DNA of 64,000 nucleotides from the human T2T-CHM13v2.0 reference genome, Homo sapiens. The translations under genes were made by a program, and so were the position numbers. The first letter of the stretch is position 1; each line of letters begins with the position of its first letter. Where the stretch lies: the NCBI RefSeq assembly GCF_009914755.1, contig NC_060929.1; one strand, 5' to 3'. The notes below the pieces were generated by a model. It ran no database searches. It had not been told where the DNA came from and saw only the letters and a program-made list of their open reading frames with translations. Below, one piece after another: positions 30,408 through 44,917 of the stretch.

Positions 30408-30584
30408 GGGGGTGCAGGGGAAAAGCATCAGAATAAATAGCTAATGAATGCTGGGCTTAATACTTAGGTGATAGGTTAATAGGTGCAGCAAACCACCATG
30501 GCACACGTTTACCTATGTGACAAATCTGTGCAACCTGCACATGTACCCCAGAACTTAAAATAAAATAAAATGTTTAAAAAAGAA
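30408..30584 (+). mobile_element. 5'-truncated old L1PA 3' end
   Basis: AATAGCTAATGAATGCTGGGCTTAATAC..GGTGCAGCAAACCACCATGGCACACGTTTACCTATG..; TSD AAGAAAGTAAAAAGA at 30393-30407 and 30585-30599. Confidence 0.9.
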
Positions 30585-30600
30585 AAGAAAGTAAAAAGAA

Positions 30601-30920
30601 GGCAGGCACAGTGGCTTACACCTGTAATTGCAGCACTTTAGGAGGCCAAGGTGGGAGGATTGCTTGAAGCCAGGAGTTGGAGATCAGCCTGGGCAATGTA
30701 GTGAGACCCCAATCTTTACAAAAAAAAAATTTTTTTTTTAATTAGCCAGATGTGGTGGTGCTCACCTGTAGTCCCAGTGCCCTGAGGAGGGAGGATGGCT
30801 AGAGCCCAAGAATTTGAGGCTACAGTGAGCAATGATCACACCACCACACTCCAGCCTGGGTGACAGAGTGACACCCTGTCTTAAGAAAGAGAGAAAGAAA
30901 GAAGAAGGAAGGAAGGGAGG
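30601..30920 (+). mobile_element. AluJ SINE with GA-rich tail
   Basis: GGGAGGATTGCTTGAAGCCAGGAG, GACCCTGTCT AluJ features. Confidence 0.9.
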
Positions 30921-31479
30921 GAGACCCTGAAGGGGAGAGAATAATTACAAATCACCTGTCTGGTATCTAGAATATAAAAATAGTTTTTATACTTCAAAAA
31001 GACAATTTTTAAAAACAGGCAAAGAACCTGAGTAGACATTTCTTTAAAGAAGATGTGCAAATGAAAATAAGCACATGAAAAGATGCTCACCATCATTGGT
31101 CATTAGGAAAATGCAAATCAAAACCACAATGAGATACTACTTCATACCACTAGAATGGCTATAATAAAAAATAAATAAGTTGAAAATAACAAGTTTTGAT
31201 GAGGATATGAGGAATTGGAACCCTCATACTTGGTTGGTGGGGATGTAAAATGATGCAGTTGCTGGGGAAACAGTTTGGCAGTTTATCAAAAGTGAAACAC
31301 AGAGTTAAAACATGACCCAACAATTCTACTTATAGGCATATATCCAAGAGAACTGAAAGCAGGTGTTCAAATGAAAACTTTAACAAAAATGTTCATAGCA
31401 GCTTTATTCAGTGGTCAAAAAGTGGAAACAAACCAAGTCTAAGCTAAATGTAGTATATCCATACAATGGAGTATTCTTA

Positions 31480-31869
<390 letters not shown>

Positions 31870-32138
31870 TTAGATGAAAAGAAGCCAGAGACAAAAAGGC
31901 CACAGAGTATATGAGTCCATTTATATGAGTTGTCCAGAATAGGCAAATTTGTAGAGACAGAAAGCAGATTAGTGGTTACTAGGGGTTGGGGGGATGGGGA
32001 AATGAGGAATAACTGTTTAGTGATTACAGGCTTTCTTTTTGGGGTGATGAAAACATTCTGAAATTAGGTAACGGTGATGGTTGTATAACCTTGTGACTGT
32101 ACTGGAAGCTGTGGATTGTAAACTTTAAAATATGGTTA

Positions 32139-32397
32139 GTTCTCATTTATAAGTGGGAGCTAAACATCAAGTACTTATGGACATAAAGTTGGCAATGATA
32201 GATACTGGGGACTACTAGATGGGGAGAAAGGCAGAGGGCAAGGGTTGAAAAACTAACTGTTGAGTACTATGTTCCGCACCTGTGTGACAGGATCCTATAT
32301 ACTCCAAACCTCAGCATTGCACAATATACTCAGGTAACAAACCTGCACATGTACCCCGAATCAAAAATTAAAGTTGGAAACATTTTTTAATAATAAT
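32139..32397 (+). mobile_element. L1PB-type 3' end
   Basis: TTCTCATTTATAAGTGGGAGCTAAAC..AGGGTTGAAAAACTAACT..CAAACCTCAGCAT..AAACCTGCACATGTACCCC. Confidence 0.82.
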
Positions 32398-32459
32398 AAA
32401 TTATGATTTATTTATGTTTCATGATATGTGATTTTTTTCTCTCAATTTAAAAGCTGTAT

Positions 32460-32820
32460 TTTCCAAAACCAAAAATAATTAGTGAGAAAAGTGGCATGGT
32501 TTTATATTTTTGAAAAATCCCTTTTACATATGACTTACTGGGAGAAAGTTGGATGTTCATATTAGCTTCTGCATTGAAGCTGTGGCAATGTATTTTGGTT
32601 GAAGTATATGAAGAAAATCCAGCTTCCCACAGATGTGTAGTTGGAAAAAAAGGAGATTTTAATAGGCTTTCCAGATCATTGTGGATGTTCATCTTTGATA
32701 CACCAAAATTCAACAAGTGATAGTTTTTTAGAGGTTAGTTATAATGTGGAGTCTGAAACCAAATCAATTAACTTTTCATATTCTATGATATTAAAATCCA
32801 TTGGTTCATCTTGCAAAACT
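32460..32820 (-). mobile_element. Charlie1-like hAT transposase fragment
   Basis: Minus-strand peptide FPTTHLWEAGFSSYTSTK...NAEANMNIQLS resembles the hAT C-terminal dimerisation motif (FPTTYLCE.GFS). Confidence 0.8.
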
Positions 32821-33000
32821 ACAAAAGTGGAAGGGTGCGACTGAGAGGTGGTGAAACATTTTTCTTTGTAGATACAGAACACTGAATTGCTCTAAAGAAA
32901 AAAATGGAAAAGGACAAATATTATGTCTAAGGTATTATTTAATGATTAGCAATGGGGTTATTCAGCTTTGAGGAATCATTTAGGTTGAATGCCATAAATA

Positions 33001-33653
33001 CAGCTGACCCTTTATATATCCATGGGTTTGGCATTCATGTATCCAATCAACTGTGGATCAAAATATTCCCCCCAACCCCGCAAAATCGATGGTTGCATCT
33101 GTACTGAACACGTACAGACTTTTTTCCTTATCATTATTCTCTACACAATACAACTATTTATATAGCAGTTACATTGTATGAGGTATATGAGTAATCTAGA
33201 GACAATGTAAAGTATACAGAAGGATGCTGGGTGCGGTGGCTCATACCTGTAATCTTAGCACTTTGGGAGGCTGAGGCAGGAGGATCACTTGAGGCCAGGA
33301 GTTCAAGACCAGCCTGGTTAACATACTAAGACCCTGTCTCTACAAAAAAATTGAAAAATTAGCCAGGTGTAGTGGCATACACCTGTAGTCCTAGCTATCC
33401 AGAAGGCTGAGGCAATAGCATCGCTTGAGCCCAGGAGGTCAAGGCTGCCATGAACCATGATCATGTGACTACACCCCAGCCTGGGCAGCAGAGTGAGATT
33501 ATTTATTTATAAATAAATAAAGTCTACGGGAGGATGTGTGCAGGTTATATGAAAATACCACACCATTTTATATAAAGGACTTGAGCACCCATAAATTTTA
33601 TGGAATTATGGGAATCCTAGAACCAATCCCCCATGGATGCTGATGGACAATTA
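33001..33653. mobile_element. MER2-like TcMar-Tigger element split by an Alu
   Basis: TA-CAGCTGACCCT..TATCCATGGG at the left end; GAACCAATCCCCCATGGATGCTGATGGACAAT-TA at the right end; internal TGCATCTGTACTGAACA. Confidence 0.85.
33226..33518 (+). mobile_element. AluJ inserted in MER2
   Basis: Diverged TSD AAAGTATACAGAAGGAT / AAAGTCTACGGGAGGAT. Confidence 0.9.
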
Positions 33654-34296
33654 TATTAAGCTCTCTTCTATATGCCAGGAATTTGACTAGATGATAGGAT
33701 AGGGTGTGAAAGGAAAATGGTAGGAGAGTGCACGACATAAACCTTTGCCTGCTACAAAAGTTTGCCAAGCCAGGCTGGGTAAAGGCTGCTTTTCTAGGAC
33801 TGGACTCGTGATAGAAGACTTTATAGCCCAGCTGGCCTACACTACCAGAATGCAGACTTCGCCAGGGTAATGCTGGGGTGCCTGTGTCACACTGACTTAC
33901 CAACACAAGATGTGCTCAAAAAATATTTGAACTTTACTAAATTAGGAAAAGCATACACCAGTAGAAATATTTTTCTTTATTGTTGCTTGACTCAAAACAT
34001 TGAAAGGTCCTTTAAAAAACCTGTAATTTAGCTTATTCCATAATTTTAATGAGTCTTTTTATATCATTGCGATTATACTATAGCCTTGTAGCTTTCTTTT
34101 GTCATGTAATCCCATAATCTAAGAATTTCCTCATGTTAATAAAAATTCTGTCTGCTTGAATTTTAAATCCCTCCCCCGCCCCCATCAAGGCCCGTTTCTG
34201 TACCTGCTAGTACAACCCAGAGTGCAGATTCCACTAGAAAATCCCCACAGTTCTCATACATGTCTGTTAGGACCCCCAGATTTCAAAAATCACTTA

Positions 34297-34627
<331 letters not shown>

Positions 34628-34709
34628 CTATCACACCATGTGTCCTGCATTGTTGTTTAATGGTGTCTTTGGTGGCCAGCCTGGGAAGGAAGGCCAGGCT
34701 GGCCAAGTA

Positions 34710-35170
34710 GAGTAGGGATGAACCGGACTCACTGTGGAGAAACATCTAGACCACTTCTATGGGTTCAAATCCATCCATACTATGGACTACTTGGACCGCA
34801 GACAAGGCACCTAATCTCTTTGTGCCTCAGTTTCCTCATCAGTGAAAGGAGGAAAGTGATGATTGTTCCTACCTTGTTGGGCTGAATAGATGCATGTAGA
34901 GTGCTTATTAATAGTGCTTGGCATGTAACAAATGCTGGCTGTTATTATTAATGAGAATCAGACAGCCCTGGGTTGGAAGCTCCTCTTTCCACTTGCCCCT
35001 GAATGTCACTGGGTACCTTGTTTAACAATTCTCAGTACTTCCATTTTCTCCCCAAATTCGTATTGTAAGACCTGTCTCACAGGGTTACTGTAAGGATTGG
35101 CATTTGAATGAGCTCTGTGCAAAGCAGCTACAAAGCATGCTCACAGTGGGCACACAGGAAATAGTTATGT
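34710..35170. mobile_element. Two adjacent MIR relics
   Basis: GGGTTCAAATCC..TGTGCCTCAGTTTCCTCATC; CTCACAGGGTTACTGTAAGGATT. Confidence 0.65.
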
Positions 35171-36343
35171 CTTAGGCTTCTTAACAAGCCCACCACACTC
35201 AACATCACAGAGCAGGTGTTTGGCGAATTAAAGAGAGAGGTTTGGGGATGGAGGATTTTCCGGGCAGGAAGGGAGGCACAGGTGCTGGCATTTGGATGTT
35301 TCCCTGCTAGGGTCCAGGTTCTGCTGAGTGGAGAAGCCCCAGGGATCCCCACTACCCCAAGGCCCATCAAGGCGAGAGGGACCACCTGAGCCAGCAGATT
35401 GAGTTTTCTTAATTTGTTTCTAATCACATGTTCTGGCTGGAGGACTTTTCCTGCTGTGGTAGGGTGGGAATGTTTCCATGAATGTTTTACCAGAAAGATC
35501 TGGTTCCTCTGTTTAAACAAATATTTATCACTTGTGAAATCACAGAAATGGAAGGCTTTGTATGAAACAGGCACCCCAGGCAGTTCCCAACAGGAGGCTC
35601 CTTTGCAGAGTCTTCCTGGGAGACTCCTGCCTGGCTGGCCCGGGGTCCCTGGCAGTCGGCCCCACTCCTGCCCTTTCCCTGCAGCATGGTAAGTTGTTCA
35701 GCAAGCTCAGCTGTTGTAAAGTGCCTGAGTGCCTTGGGAATTAGGAGACGGAATGAAGAGAGTGAGTTGATGTGTAAGTCTGGTACTCAAATAACTCAGG
35801 AACCATTAAAACATGACTCAAGAAACACATCTGTCTCTGTGAGGCAGGCCTGCCTCCTTCTCCTCCAATCTCTTCATGCCTCACTCATCTCCATCTTGGG
35901 GCAGCTTCTTTCCTGTATTTCACCTCACTTCTGGCACTCTGTCCAAGTCTGGGAGCTCTCCTTTAATACTCTTGGACCCAAGTTATCTGCCTAGGCTGGA
36001 AGGCAGCCTCTCTCAGACAAAAGCTATGTCCTCAACTCCCTGAAAATGCAAATCATGGCCCCTCTGCATTGTCACAGACTATGACTCCACCTCTCCCCAC
36101 TTCTAAGGACTCGGCTCTCAGCTCACCTGGACTCAGTGGGCTCCTTTGCAGTTCTCTCTCGCTCTCATGCTGCTTGCCTTTGCTTGTGGATGCTAAGGTG
36201 TTAGAGAATTCGCTGCTGCCCTTGCGTCCTGCCTTGCAAACCCTAGCATTGGTTTTTCTCCATCACATACTCCACATCCATTTTTGGTTACATGTGCCCC
36301 TGCCGCCTTGAGCCAATAACTGGTAAATCATTATGAAGATTTC

Positions 36344-37045
<702 letters not shown>

Positions 37046-37311
37046 TTATCATCAAACAGCTTCTGAGCTGACTCACGGCCTTCTAGGCTGTAAGTTAGGT
37101 GCCACTGAGTGCATTCATAATGGCAACCAGGAAGGACTGTTCTTCACTGGCATGCTCAGAGAAGGCTTCCCATACGAGGCGGGGGTTTGAATTTAAGGCA
37201 GGACAGTGGTTCTCAACCTATTTTATTATATTTCATTTTATTTTAGGTTCTCAACCCATTTTAAAGAAATATATGTGCTGGGGTCATAACCCTAGAAATA
37301 TGATACCTAGC

Positions 37312-37428
37312 AGCTCCTCCCTCTCCCCCTCCCCCCTTCCTCATCTGTATCCTCCTCCTCCTCCTCCTCATCTGTATCCTCCTCATTCTCCCCCTCCTCC
37401 TTTTTCTTCCCCTTTCTTCTTCTCCTTC
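37312..37428. repeat. CT-rich low-complexity tract with duplicated CCTCATCTGTATCCTCCTC unit
   Basis: Direct reading. Confidence 0.85.
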
Positions 37429-37682
37429 ATTTTTAAGTTTAACAGATAACTGAGTTAGGTAATCAATATTGAGAACTATTGGTTTTGGCCAGGCAGAGAT
37501 AAGGAAGATGGTTTTGATGTTGGAAACAGGTTTATCCAATGAAGACAGGCAGGAAAGTACAAAGCTTATTTATCTGGGGGAGGGTGGACAAGAAAAAAAC
37601 TAGCTTGGCTGGTATATTAGTGCTTGAAAGGCAGCTCAGAAGTTTGGATTCTATACTTTATGCAAAGTTGAGCCATTAATGG

Positions 37683-38000
37683 TTTTTTTGTTTTGTTTTG
37701 TTTTGTTTCCTTTTTGAGACAGGGTCTCACTCCATCGCTCAGGCTGGAGTGCAGTGGTGTGATCTCAGCTTACTGCAGCCTCAATTTCTCCATGCTCAGG
37801 TGCTCCTCCTACCTCAGCCTCCAGAGTACCTGGGACTACAGATGTGCATCACCATGACTGGCTAAATTTTTTTGTATTTTTATAAAGACAGGGTTTCATC
37901 ATGTTTCCCAGGCTGGTCTCGAACTCCTGAGCTCAAGCTATTCACCTGCCTTGGCTTCCCAAAGTGCTGGGATTACATGTGTGTGCCACCGCGCCTGGCC
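37683..38000 (-). mobile_element. AluJ SINE
   Basis: Reverse Alu; TSD CATT(A/G)ATGGTTTTT on both sides. Confidence 0.92.
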
Positions 38001-38586
38001 TCATTGATGGTTTTTGAGGAGGGGTGAAGATCTAAGGAATACAAAGTGTTTCTATAACAGGCACTTGCTCCACCTAGAATTACCTCTCTCCTTACACTTG
38101 GAGGAGGTACACTGCTTTCCCTTGTCCAAAAGTTCCAGTCTGTTTTGTAAATTGTAGCTAAAATTAAAACTAGATGTCCCCATTGAACCCTGCCCCAGAA
38201 TGAGTGGCAATGATTATATTCACTGTTTTTTTCCCATGTCCTCTGAAAGACAATCACAAACATCAGTCTGATGTTGTTACATTTCCCAAGGTTTCAACCA
38301 TTTTATCATGTCTGTGGTGAAGTAGTTCATTTTCATAGAATTGCAGGTAAAATTGTTGGAACAGCAAGAAAGAAGGGACCAATGTATGAGATACAGCAAG
38401 GGAAGAAATGTAGGACTTATTGTCTCACTGGATTGGGAAGAAGGCAGCAAGGATCATATATAAGTAACTCTTGAGAAAATAGGGAATTTTTAATGGCAGA
38501 GCAGCTGCCTTCAAAGATTTGAAAGTTGTCAAAAGGTAGAAGAACTAGGCTTATTGTATGTATCAGTAAGCTTCTTCAAGAAGTAA

Positions 38587-39208
<622 letters not shown>

Positions 39209-39345
39209 TTAACATGCAGAGTCAGCCATCGCTCTAAGCAACAGCCATTAGTAGCAACAGCATCTTTCATTTGTATAAAGTCAGATATTAACCTTTTTTG
39301 GACACAGCACAAAACAGCACAATCTGGGCTCTAGAAGTTGCTGAT

Positions 39346-39945
39346 GGACCAGGAATGGTGGCTCATACCTGTCCCAGAACTTTGGAATGCCAAAGCAGGG
39401 TTACAGGATTGCTTGAGGCCAGGAGTTTGAGACAAGCCTGGGCAATGGAACAAGACCCCTGTCTCTACTAAATTTTTTTTTTTTTTTTGAGACGAAGTCT
39501 TGCTGTTGCCCAGGCTGGAGTGCAGTGGCTCGCTCTCGGCTCACTGCAGGCTCCGCCTCCCGAGGTTCACGCCATTCTCCTGCCTCAGCCTCCCCAGTAG
39601 CTGGGACTACAGGCGCCTGCCACCTCGCCCGGCTAATTTTTTGTATTTTTAGTAGAGACAGGGTTTCACTGTGTTAGCCAGGATGGCTCAATTTCCTGAC
39701 CTCGTGATCCACCCGCCTCGGCCTCCCAAAGTGCTGGGATCACAGGCGTGAGCCACTGCGCCCGGCCTAAATTTTAAAAATTAGCTGGGAATGGTGATGC
39801 CACCCGTAGCCCTATGTACTTAGGAGGCTGAGGCAGGAGAATTGCTTGAACCCTGGAGTTCAAGGTTATAGTGAGCTATGATTACACCACTGCACTCCAC
39901 CCTTGGCAACAGAGCAAAACCCAGTCTCAGTTGAAAAAAAAAAAA
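39346..39945 (+). mobile_element. AluJ interrupted by an antisense AluY
   Basis: Left arm 39346-39470, right arm about 39776-39945. Confidence 0.88.
39473..39767 (-). mobile_element. AluY-lineage (AluYe-like) element, antisense, inside the AluJ linker
   Basis: Minus strand has GGGCGAGGTGG, GGAGCCTGCAG and a 2-bp-deleted GGGCAACAGCAAGAC; TSD TAAATTTT at 39469-39476 and 39768-39775. Confidence 0.88.
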
Positions 39946-40004
39946 GTTACTGGTGAAAAACGTATTACTTAGGCCCTCTTTCCTCCTTCAACCTAGTAAC
40001 CCAA

Positions 40005-40270
40005 ATGAGCAAATGCATTATCCAAAAGAAAATACATATTATATTTACACAACATAATCTTTCCTCCCTGAAAATTAAAAATCCCTTTTTCAAGCCCTTC
40101 TCACTGTTATTCAGAATGTATCATAGTGTTCTATTCTCTCTAGAATCAAGAAAGCCCCTTGGGACAAGTTAGATGCTCAGCAATGTCTACTGGCTCTGCA
40201 AGATCTCCTGAAGAATGAGACCTTCAAGACATAAGTGGGCTCATAGAAAAAATAGAAAGGGCAGCTTGAT
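40005..40270 (+). repeat. Donor copy of a local 266-bp duplication (other copy at 42662-42926)
   Basis: Base-by-base comparison gives 3 substitutions and one 1-bp indel. Confidence 0.97.
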
Positions 40271-40676
40271 GGCTGTCTACTGGAATATATGCAGAGTTCT
40301 CATCAGGAGGACACTGAGCAAACGGCCTTCATCATTGCTAAGAACAACAGGAAATAGCCTTAAGTTTAACAGTGAGGTTAAAATGACCCTCAGAAGGATG
40401 TAATAAAATGTTCTTTGTAAATCTCTAAATAATGTAAACCTCTTCCTCGAGATTGTGTTAAACTGAACCTCCAAAGGCTACACCTTAGCTCTATAATTCA
40501 CTCTCTTTATGACACCTTTGCTAGACTGTGAGTACCTCTAGAGCAAGCTGCTATTGTCATCATTTCTGTGTTGTCACTGCATCCCCAGGATCAAGCATAG
40601 TGCCTGGTTCACAGTAGGCACTCACTGAGCATTTGATTTTTTTAAAAATGGATGTATTTCATTACCTACTGCCTGA

Positions 40677-41000
<324 letters not shown>

Positions 41001-42614
41001 AGCTTTTTTTTTTTTTTTAATGAAAGTAAGGAAGTAGCCAAAAAGAAAACCCCTAGCACCACCAATCTCCCCACATAATATGCAGTTTGGCAAATAGAGA
41101 AGAACCTTGGATCCCAGTGAAGAGATATGAGGAGGTGATCACTGGGAATGTGGAGGCTTGGAAATGGGCCAGAAAAGTCCGGGCAGTTCCAGAGTTCTGC
41201 CTGCAGACGATTAGAGCAATAAATGGAGTGTATGCATCATTAAAATGAACTACAAATGAGAATCTGAGATAAGCTGACATTCAAACTCACTTAAACTTTG
41301 TACTTACAGAATGAACATTTTGCAAATAGCCTCGGGGTTACAGTTCTCTTAAACTTTTCACATTATTGCTGTAAGATGTGGTGGGCCTGAAATACCACAA
41401 TGGCCTGCTGATTGTGCCAAAAAAGCAAGTGAGGCAGATGCACGAGGAAGGAGGGGTTCGCCTTCTTTCTCCCTGGTTGCCAGTTTATGAGGACAGGCTG
41501 TCTTTTAAAATGGAAAAAATCTAAAAGGAAATTTTTTTAAGCAAAAATAAGAAACAGGATATTTGGAAAAATATGTATATTAAGGAAAGCAAAGGAAAAG
41601 AAGGCACAAATAAGAATAAGCGTTCCAGGAGCTTCTTAAGAGGAGGGCCTTTGAAGCCCTATTTGAAAAAAACAATAAAAATGTAACCACAGAGCAGAGG
41701 TCTTTGGGAGTCTTGAAACATAAAGATATATCTAAGTCTTATGAGGGCAGCATGGTGTTTTGTGTTTACATTTTGCCAGGGATATAGCTTTCCCATGAAT
41801 TCTTCCTTATCTTGAGGAGAAACACTATCTACAAACAGGCAAAACCCAATTATGATTATCACTTAGAAAGTTGTGCATTGGTGAACTGTTGGTCATAGTC
41901 AACCCGGTTACCCCTGCCCCACCAAAAGCCTTTCTTCCATCAACTCCAGATAGCAGCCAAACAGGCTATCACCTTCTCAGCTTTCATCTGCACATGAATC
42001 CTTTTTAATCTCCATTTCCCACCATTCACAAGACACTAAATTTTACCTCTGACTATTTTTTGCATGAACTTACCAAACATAATAAGACACAAGCATTATC
42101 AGTCTCCAAAGAACTCGAGCCAGCCTAGAAAGTCTCTCCAGAAATACCACAAAAATCTATTGGTCCATTGCTGTATACTCCAGCATTCACCATAAGTAAC
42201 ACCGTTAGTTTTTCTGTTTATTTGTTTCTGGCTTGTTTTTTTAAATTTATTTTTATTTTTTATTTTCCATAAGTTATTGGGGTACAGGTGGCATTTGGTT
42301 ACATGCATAAGTTCTTTAGTGGCGATTTGTGAGATTTTGGTACACCCATCACCCGAGCAGTATACACTACACCATATTTGTAGTCTTTTATCCCTCGCTC
42401 CTCTTTCAGCCTTCCCCCTAAGTCCCCAAAGTCCACTGTATCATTCTTACGCCTTTGCGTCCTCATAGCTTAGCTCCTACATAGTAGTGAGAAAACATGA
42501 TGTTTGGTTTTCCATTTCTGAGTTACTTTACTTAGAATATTAGTCTCTAATCTCATCCAGATCACTGCAAATGCTGTTTAATTCATTCCTTTTTAAGGCT
42601 GCATAGTATTCCAT

Positions 42615-42615
<1 letters not shown>

Positions 42616-42660
<45 letters not shown>
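42616..42660. repeat. (TG)n microsatellite in the L1PB 3' region
   Basis: About 22 pure GT units. Confidence 0.95.
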
Positions 42661-42661
<1 letters not shown>

Positions 42662-42664
<3 letters not shown>

Positions 42665-42926
42665 AGCAAATGCATTATCCAAAAGAAAATACATATTATA
42701 TTTACACAACATAATCTTTCCTCCCTGAAAATTAAAAATCCCTTTTTCAAGCCCTTCCCACTGTTATTCAGAACGTATCATAGTGTTCTATTCTCTCTAG
42801 AATCAAGAAAGCCCCTTGGGACAAGTTAGATGCTCAGCAATGTCTACTGGCTCTGCAAGATCTCCTGAAGAATGAGACCTTCAAGACATAAGTGGGCGCA
42901 TAGAAAAATAGAAAGGGCAGCTTGAT
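42662..42926 (+). repeat. Inserted copy of 40005-40270
   Basis: ATGAGCAAATGCATTATCC...GAAAGGGCAGCTTGAT, direct orientation, offset 2657 bp. Confidence 0.97.
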
Positions 42927-44595
42927 CTCATATATATATATAAAATATGTAATCATGGTATATATATAAAATATATATATAATCATGGTATATATATACA
43001 TAATATATATAATCATGGTTCCATGATTTTTGCTGAATTGTGCTGCTATAAACATGTGTGTGCAAGTGTCTTTTTTGAATAATGACTTGTTTTCCTCTGG
43101 GAAGCAGGATTGCTGGATCAAATGGTAGTTCTACTTTTAGTTATTTAAGGAATCGCCACACTGTTTTCCATAGCAGCTGTACTAGTTTACATTCCCACCA
43201 GCAGTGTAAAAGTGTTCCCTGTTTACCGCATCCATGCCGACATCTACTCTTTTTTGATTATGGCCATTCTGGCAGGACTGAGGTGGTACTGCATTGTGAT
43301 TTTGATTTGCATTTCCCTCATCATTAATGACATTGAGCATTTTTTCATGTTTGTTGGCCATTTGTATATTTTCTTTTGAGAATTGTCTATTCATGTCCTT
43401 AACCTACTTTTTGATGGTATTGTTTGTTTTTTTCTTACTCATTTGGTTGAGTTCACTGTGGATTCTTGATATTAGTCCTTTGTCAGATGTATAGATTTTG
43501 ATGACTTTTCTCCCACTCTGTGGGTTGTCTGTTTACTCTGCTGACTGTTCCTTTTGCTGTGCAAAAGCTCTTCAGTTTAATTAGGTCCCAGCTATTTATC
43601 TTTGTTTTTATTGCATTTGCTTTTGGGTTCTTGGTCATGAAATCCTTGCCAAAGCCAAAGTCTAGAAGGGTTTTTCCAATGTTATCTTCTAGAATTTTTA
43701 TAGTTTCAGGTCTTAGGTTTAAGTCTTTGATCCATCTTGAGTTGATTTTTGTATAAGGTGAGAGATTCTTATTCTCCTACATGTGGCTTGCCAATTGTCC
43801 CAGCACTATTTGCTGAAAAGGGTGTCCTTTCCCCATTTTGTTTTTGTTTGCTTGGTCGAAGATCAGTTGGCTGTATTTGGGTTCATTTCTGGGTTCTCTA
43901 TTCTATTCCATTGGTCTATGTGCCTATATTTGCACCAGTACCATGCTGTTTTGGTGACTATGGCCTTATAGCATAGTTTGAAATCAGGTAGTGTGATGCC
44001 TCCAGATTTGTTCTTTTTGCTTAGTCTTGCTTAGGCTATGCGGGCTCTTTTTTGGTTCCATATGAATTTTAGAAGTGTTTTTTCTAATTCTGTGAAGAAT
44101 GATAGTGGTATTTTGATGGGGATTGCATTGAATTTGTAGATTGCTTTTGGCAGTATGGTCATTTTCACAATATTGATTGTACCCATCATGAGCATGGGAT
44201 GTGTTTCCATTTGTTCATGTCGTCTATGATTTCTTTCAGCAGTGTTTTGTAGTTTTCCTTGTGGAGGTTTTTGACTCCTTGGTTAGGTATATTCCTAAGT
44301 TTTTTTTTTGTTTGTTTGTTTTTTTCAGCTATTGTAAAAGGGGTTGAGCTCTTGATTTGATTCTCTGCTTAGTCATTGTTCATGTATAGAAGAGCTACTG
44401 ATTCGTGTACGTTAATCTTGTATCTGGAAACTTTGATGAATTCTTTTATCAGTTCTAGGAGCTTTCTGGAGGAGTCTTTAGGGTTTTCAAAGTAAATGAT
44501 CATATTGTCAGCTAACAGTGACAGTTTGACTTCCTCTTTACTGATTTGGAAGCCCTGTATTGGTTCATTGCTGTATACTCTAGCATTCACCATAA

Positions 44596-44917
<322 letters not shown>

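Larger units (their letters stand above)
42237..44557 (-). mobile_element. 5'-truncated L1PB1-like LINE-1 (RT region to 3' end) with an internal foreign insertion
   Basis: TTTTCCATAAGTTATTGGGGTACAGGTGG 3'-end signature; RT-region peptide [37 protein letters not shown] at the truncation point. Confidence 0.92.

Noticed and set aside
42931-43020. 30-bp periodic repeats as a CRISPR-like array
   Set aside because: Eukaryotic TA-rich tandem repeat without unique spacers or cas genes; treated as part of the repair scar
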